From assembly GCF_964355755.1 (NCBI RefSeq), contig NC_092672.1, positions 38,818,437 to 38,882,436 on the forward strand: a DNA stretch of 64,000 nt, in the 5' to 3' direction. Below the pieces are notes generated by a model. The model was given only the letters and a program-made list of their open reading frames with translations. It was not told the DNA's origin and ran no database searches. Origin of the DNA: Antedon mediterranea (lineage: Eukaryota; Animalia; Echinodermata). The position numbers and the translations under genes are program-made. Each line of letters starts with the position of its first letter. The first letter of the stretch is position 1. Shown piece after piece: positions 60,768 to 64,000 of this stretch.

Positions 60768-63700
60768 GTAAACCAGCGTATATAGGTCAGTGGTACCTAG
60801 TTCTACCCACATATTTTAAACAGGTAAACCAGCGTATATAGGTCAGTAGTACCTAGTTCTACCCACATATTTTAAACAGGTAAACCAGCGTATATAGGTC
60901 AGTAGTACTTAGTTCTACCCACATATTTTAAACAGGTAAACCAGCGTGTATAGGTCAGTAGTACCTAGTTCTACCCACATATTTTAAACAGGTAAACCAG
61001 CGTATATAGGTCAGTGGTACCTAGTTCTACCCACTTATTTTAAACAGGTAAACCAGCGTATATAGGTCAGTAGTACCTAGTTCTACCCACATATTTTAAA
61101 CAGGTAAACCAGCGTATATAGGTCAGTGGTACCTAGTTCTACCCACATATTTTAAACAGGTAAACCAGCGTGTATAGGTCAGTAGTACCTAGTTCTACCC
61201 ACATATTTTAAACAGGTAAACCAGCGTGTATAGGTCAGTAGTACCTAGTTCTACCCACATATTTTAAACAGGTAAACCAGCGTGTATAGGTCAGTGGTAC
61301 CTAGTTCTACCCACATATTTTAAACAGGTAAACCAGCGTGTATAGGTCAGTGGTACCTAGTTCTACCCACATATTTTAAACAGGTAAACCAGCGTATATA
61401 GGTCAGTGGTACCTAGTTCTACCCACATATTTTAAACAGGTAAACCAGCGTGTATAGGTCAGTAGTACCTAGTTCTACCCACATATTTTAAACAGGTAAA
61501 CCAGCGTGTATAGGTCAGTGGTACCTAGTTCTACCCACATATTTTAAACAGGTAAACCAGCGTATATAGGTCAGTGGTACCTAGTTCTACCCACATATTT
61601 TAAACAGGTAAACCAGCGTGTATAGGTCAGTGGTACCTAGTTCTACCCACATATTTTAAACAGGTAAACCAGCGTATATAGGTCAGTGGTACCTAGTTCT
61701 ACCCACATATTTTAAACAGGTAAACCAGCGTATATAGGTCAGTAGTACCTAGTTCTACCCACATATTTTAAACAGGTAAACCAGCGTGTATAGGTCAGTG
61801 GTACCTAGTTCTACCCACATATTTTAAACAGGTAAACCAGCGTATATAGGTCAGTGGTACCTTCTACCCACATATTTTAAACAGGTAAACCAGCGTATAT
61901 AGGTCAGTGGTACCTAGTTCTACCCACATATTTTAAACAGGTAAACCAGCGTATATAGGTCAGTAGTACCTAGTTCTACCCACATATTTTAAACAGGTAA
62001 ACCAGCGTATATAGGTCAGTGGTACCTAGTTCTACCCACATATTTTAAACAGGTAAACCAGCGTATATAGGTCAGTAGTACCTAGTTCTACCCACATATT
62101 TTAAACAGGTAAACCAGCGTATATAGGTCAGTAGTACCTAGTTCTACCCACATATTTTAAACAGGTAAACCAGCGTATATAGGTCAGTAGTACCTAGTTC
62201 TACCCACATATTTTAAACAGGTAAACCAGCGTATATAGGTCAGTGGTACCTAGTTCTACCCACATATTTTAAACAGGTAAACCAGCGTATATAGGTCAGT
62301 GGTACCTAGTTCTACCCACATATTTTAAACAGGTAAACCAGCGTATATAGGTCAGTAGTACCTAGTTCTACCCACATATTTTAAACAGGTAAACCAGCGT
62401 ATATAGGTCAGTGGTACCTAGTTCTACCCACATATTTTAAACAGGTAAACCAGCGTATATAGGTCAGTAGTACCTAGTTCTACCCACATATTTTAAACAG
62501 GTAAACCAGCGTATATAGGTCAGTGGTACCTAGTTCTACCCACATATTTTAAACAGGTAAACCAGCGTATATAGGTCAGTGGTACCTAGTTCTACCCACA
62601 TATTTTAAACAGGTAAACCAGCGTATATAGGTCAGTAGTACCTAGTTCTACCCACATATTTTAAACAGGTAAACCAGCGTGTATAGGTCAGTGGTACCTA
62701 GTTCTACCCACATATTTTAAACAGGTAAACCAGCGTATATAGGTCAGTAGTACCTAGTTCTACCCACATATTTTAAACAGGTAAACCAGCGTATATAGGT
62801 CAGTGGTACCTAGTTCTACCCACATATTTTAAACAGGTAAACCAGCGTGTATAGGTCAGTAGTACCTAGTTCTACCCACATATTTTAAACAGGTAAACCA
62901 GCGTATATAGGTCAGTAGTACCTAGTTCTACCTACATATTTTAAACAGGTAAACCAGCGTATATAGGTCAGTAGTACCTAGTTCTACCCACATATTTTAA
63001 ACAGGTAAACCAGCGTGTATAGGTCAGTGATACCTTCTACCCACATATTTTAAACAGGTAAACCAGCGTATATAGGTCAGTCATACCTTCTACCCACATA
63101 TTTTAAACAGGTAAACCAGCGTGTATAGGTCAGTGGTACCTAGTTCTACCCACATATTTTAAACAGGTAAACCAGCGTGTATAGGTCAGTGGTACCTAGT
63201 TCTACCCACATATTTTAAACAGGTAAACCAGCGTATATAGGTCAGTGGTACCTAGTTCTACCCACATATTTTAAACAGGTAAACCAGCGTGTATAGGTCA
63301 GTGGTACCTAGTTCTACCCACATATTTTAAACAGGTAAACCAGCGTGTATAGGTCAGTAGTACCTAGTTCTACCCACATATTTTAAACAGGTAAACCAGC
63401 GTATATAGGTCAGTAGTACCTAGTTCTACCCACATATTTTAAACAGGTAAACCAGCGTATATAGGTCAGTGGTACCTAGTTCTACCCACATATTTTAAAC
63501 AGGTAAACCAGCGTATATAGGTCAGTAGTACCTAGTTCTACCCACATATTTTAAACAGGTAAACCAGCGTATATAGGTCAGTAGTACCTAGTTCTACCCA
63601 CATATTTTAAACAGGTAAACCAGCGTATATAGGTCAGTGGTACCTAGTTCTACCCACATATTTTAAACAGGTAAACCAGCGTATATAGGTCAGTGGTACC

Positions 63701-64000
63701 TAGTTCTACCCACATATTTTAAACAGGTAAACCAGCGTGTATAGGTCAGTGGTACCTAGTTCTACCCACATATTTTAAACAGGTAAACCAGCGTGTATAG
63801 GTCAGTGGTACCTAGTTCTACCCACATATTTTAAACAGGTAAACCAGCGTATATAGGTCAGTAGTACCTAGTTCTACCCACATATTTTAAACAGGTAAAC
63901 CAGCGTGTATAGGTCAGTGGTACCTAGTTCTACCCACATATTTTAAACAGGTAAACCAGCGTATATAGGTCAGTGGTACCTAGTTCTACCCACATATTTT
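60759..64000 (+). repeat. 56-bp tandem array (>=57 copies, runs off the window) built on the ZW10 exon 15 donor
   Basis: The unit GTAAACCAGCGTATATAGGTCAGTGGTACCTAGTTCTACCCACATATTTTAAACAG begins exactly at the donor GT (60768). Confidence 0.98.

Noticed and set aside
53207-64000. CRISPR-like appearance of the regular arrays
   Set aside because: The units are fully repeated with no unique spacers, there are no cas genes, and the context is eukaryotic and intronic.

Overview
AT-rich, intron-rich animal (invertebrate-like) genomic DNA with five spliced protein-coding genes, each assembled exon by exon from splice sites and translation: RWDD4 (+, 6372-12805), SHPK (-, 15280-13574), a ZDHHC5/8-type palmitoyltransferase (+, 16009-29691), an ABCB half-transporter (+, 35546-41260) and ZW10 (+, from 45977, running off the window). 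Introns and spacers hold minisatellites, non-autonomous DNA transposons (P-, hAT-, Kolobok-, Ginger-, Helitron/Helentron-like and hairpin-ended elements), LINE remnants and a Penelope retroelement. The strongest signal is splicing architecture. (1) The ZDHHC gene has two homologous 103-nt exons for TM4/TTxE. Both have U12-type branch sites downstream of one U12 donor (GTATCCTTT) and both end in U2-type donors, so they appear mutually exclusive through minor/major spliceosome incompatibility. (2) RWDD4 appears to have a 3-nt microexon. (3) Three large tandem arrays amplify real splice junctions: 7 acceptors in ABCB, and about 39 donors plus about 58 perfect 56-nt GT..AG units in ZW10. All calls come from reading the sequence; no database search or RNA data was available.
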